From Octopus bimaculoides (Eukaryota): a stretch of DNA of 64,000 bases. Positions 61,980-64,000 of the stretch are shown here, piece after piece; position 1 is the first letter of the stretch, and every line of letters begins with the position of its first letter. Location: the NCBI RefSeq assembly GCF_001194135.2, contig NC_068991.1:57178316-57242315 (forward strand), in the 5' to 3' direction. Made by a program: the position numbers and the translations under genes. Below the pieces are notes generated by a model that worked only from the letters and a program-made list of their open reading frames with translations, did no database searches and was not told the DNA's origin.

Positions 61980-63389
61980 TGAAGAGCTAACAAATAGTGT
62001 TGTAAAAAGAACAGTGGTGTATAGAACACCGTCAGTGTCATCCAAAAGGATAGAAATTGCTACCATTGAAGCAATAGAAGAATGTTTAAAAGAAATTAAA
62101 AATCCTACAACTTTTTACACGAGAGGTAGAAAGTATGGCACAGTGGAGGTGAGGTTCGCGAATGAAGAAGACGCGATAAACCACTTCACTGTGGCCATAA
62201 GGACACAAGAGTGGGTGCTTCTGCCAACTTACTGTGGCAAACGCGTGGCCAGGGTTAAGGTGAGCAGAATACCCCTAGAAATTAAAGAGGCATGGCTGAT
62301 AGCAGTATTAATGCATAATATGGAAGAAACGAAGATACTAAAGGTTACAAGAACCAATAAGTTGAACTGATGGGGTTATGGCCTTGAAATGGCCATACAG
62401 GTGAGTCTAAGGAACTTACATGAAATTGCAGAGGAGATAATATTGCCAGATGACGTTAGACTGAGAGTGGTGGTGGAGGGTAGATCTCCAACATGCTACC
62501 AATGTGGGGAGAAGGGGCACATGAAGGCAAGGTAAGGAGCAGCAGAAGCAACAAACTGTCGAACAAGAACAATTTGCCGAAGTGGCGGTACGAGAGGGTG
62601 AGGAAGAAGAAGAAGAAGCTTTCACTGTAGTAATCAGAAGAAAGAAGGAGGAACTCGGGAGCTCTCCGCCGGAGAGTCGGAAAAGGAAAAAGGATGTGGA
62701 GACTGACACGAAAGAGTTCGGCCGGAATGTAATTACACCAGCTTCACGAACAAAAGTGGAAGAACTACGCAGTATAACATGTTCGCCAACAAAAACGGAG
62801 GTGGATACAGGCATTAGAGATTTTTTCCAGTGAGGATGTACAAGAGATACACTAACAGCAGATACAGACGTTAGAGATATTCTAGAAGATACAGATATTC
62901 CAGAAGATACAGACGTTAGACGTTAGAATTGAGCCCTGATTTAGCAGATCTATGAACGAAGACATTCCAGTCGGGACTATTCCATTTATCTAAAAATGTT
63001 TTATTCTTTATAACAAGCACTTAAGCTCTATCACAAAGAGAACAATGCGAAAGCGAAACACCAACAGAAGAACAAACTTTCCCGCACAGTACAGGTGCGT
63101 CACTGGAACGAAGAAATGAGAAACGGAAGAGGTTTAGGTGACATATGGTAACGTATGTTAAGGGTACGGCTGTCGAAAGAAAAATAGCGAAATATAAAAT
63201 AATTAGAAGGGTGAAGTTGCCAGCGGAGAGATACATTGAAAGCGTTAAAGGAGTTTTAATGAACAAAGAGAGACATGACAAGCTGAAGGCCCATTGGGTG
63301 CAGAAGTAGAATTTGATGAACTGCCACCAGTTGTGGAATACAAAGAATTAGAACTTTTAATGACTTCAAAAAAAAAAAAAGGAAGTAAA
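61980..63389 (+). mobile_element. L1/Tx1-like ORF1 (RRM-like region plus zinc knuckle), interrupted
   Basis: KYGTVEVRFANEEDA..RVKVSRIP..VVVEGRSPTCYQCGEKGHMKAR* is a CX2CX4HX4C knuckle with the last Cys lost, followed by an acidic/basic low-complexity tail. No ORF2 is visible before the gap. Confidence 0.75.
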
Positions 63390-63829
63390 NNNNNNNNNNN
63401 NNNNNNNNNNNNNNNNNNNNNNNNNNNNNNNNNNNNNNNNNNNNNNNNNNNNNNNNNNNNNNNNNNNNNNNNNNNNNNNNNNNNNNNNNNNNNNNNNNNN
63501 NNNNNNNNNNNNNNNNNNNNNNNNNNNNNNNNNNNNNNNNNNNNNNNNNNNNNNNNNNNNNNNNNNNNNNNNNNNNNNNNNNNNNNNNNNNNNNNNNNNN
63601 NNNNNNNNNNNNNNNNNNNNNNNNNNNNNNNNNNNNNNNNNNNNNNNNNNNNNNNNNNNNNNNNNNNNNNNNNNNNNNNNNNNNNNNNNNNNNNNNNNNN
63701 NNNNNNNNNNNNNNNNNNNNNNNNNNNNNNNNNNGAGGTCAGGACTGGGGTCTGAATAAATTCTGGAACAATAACAAGAACAAGTAATCTATATGAGCAC
63801 TATCGCTAAAGGCCATCAGCAGCAGCTCA

Positions 63830-64000
63830 AACACTACCACCACAATTACAACCATAAGCACCACTGCCACCACCACAACCATCACTACCACGACTATGAT
63901 GCTACCACAACCACAACCACAACCACAACCATCACCGTCACTACCACCATTGTCACGTCACGAACGCTACAAACATTACAACCGCTACCACCACCAACAC
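63830..64000. repeat. degenerate (ACC/ACA)n tract
   Basis: Directly visible. Confidence 0.85.

Overview
AT-rich eukaryotic draft-assembly sequence with 20 N-gaps, nearly all flanked by (TA)n, (CA)n or (GA)n tracts. It is saturated with microsatellites and tRNA-derived SINEs. The repeat landscape strongly suggests a coleoid cephalopod (Octopus) scaffold; this is inferred from composition and repeat types, not from a database match. I recognise no intact host gene, rRNA, true tRNA or CRISPR array, and almost all supplied ORFs are translated microsatellites or N-runs. Supported content: three tRNA-head SINE families (about 30 copies or fragments); decayed non-LTR retrotransposons (R4/Dong-like RT and REL endonuclease, RTE/RTEX, RTE-BovB-like, CR1/L2-like, and an L1/Tx1-like ORF1 with a zinc knuckle); Penelope-like remnants; three mariner remnants; a DD37D maT-type remnant; and three MITEs. 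The most interesting signals are (1) a 538-bp fold-back Penelope-type element whose two inverted arms each carry a minimal hammerhead ribozyme motif, (2) a second dispersed repeat that keeps both hammerhead core boxes in permuted order in two diverged copies, (3) an RTE-type LINE fragment with twin-priming inversion geometry, and (4) closely spaced inverted SINE pairs that could form ADAR substrates. A few splice-signal-bounded candidate exons are listed at low confidence. I cannot support a claim of a wholly new biological system here.
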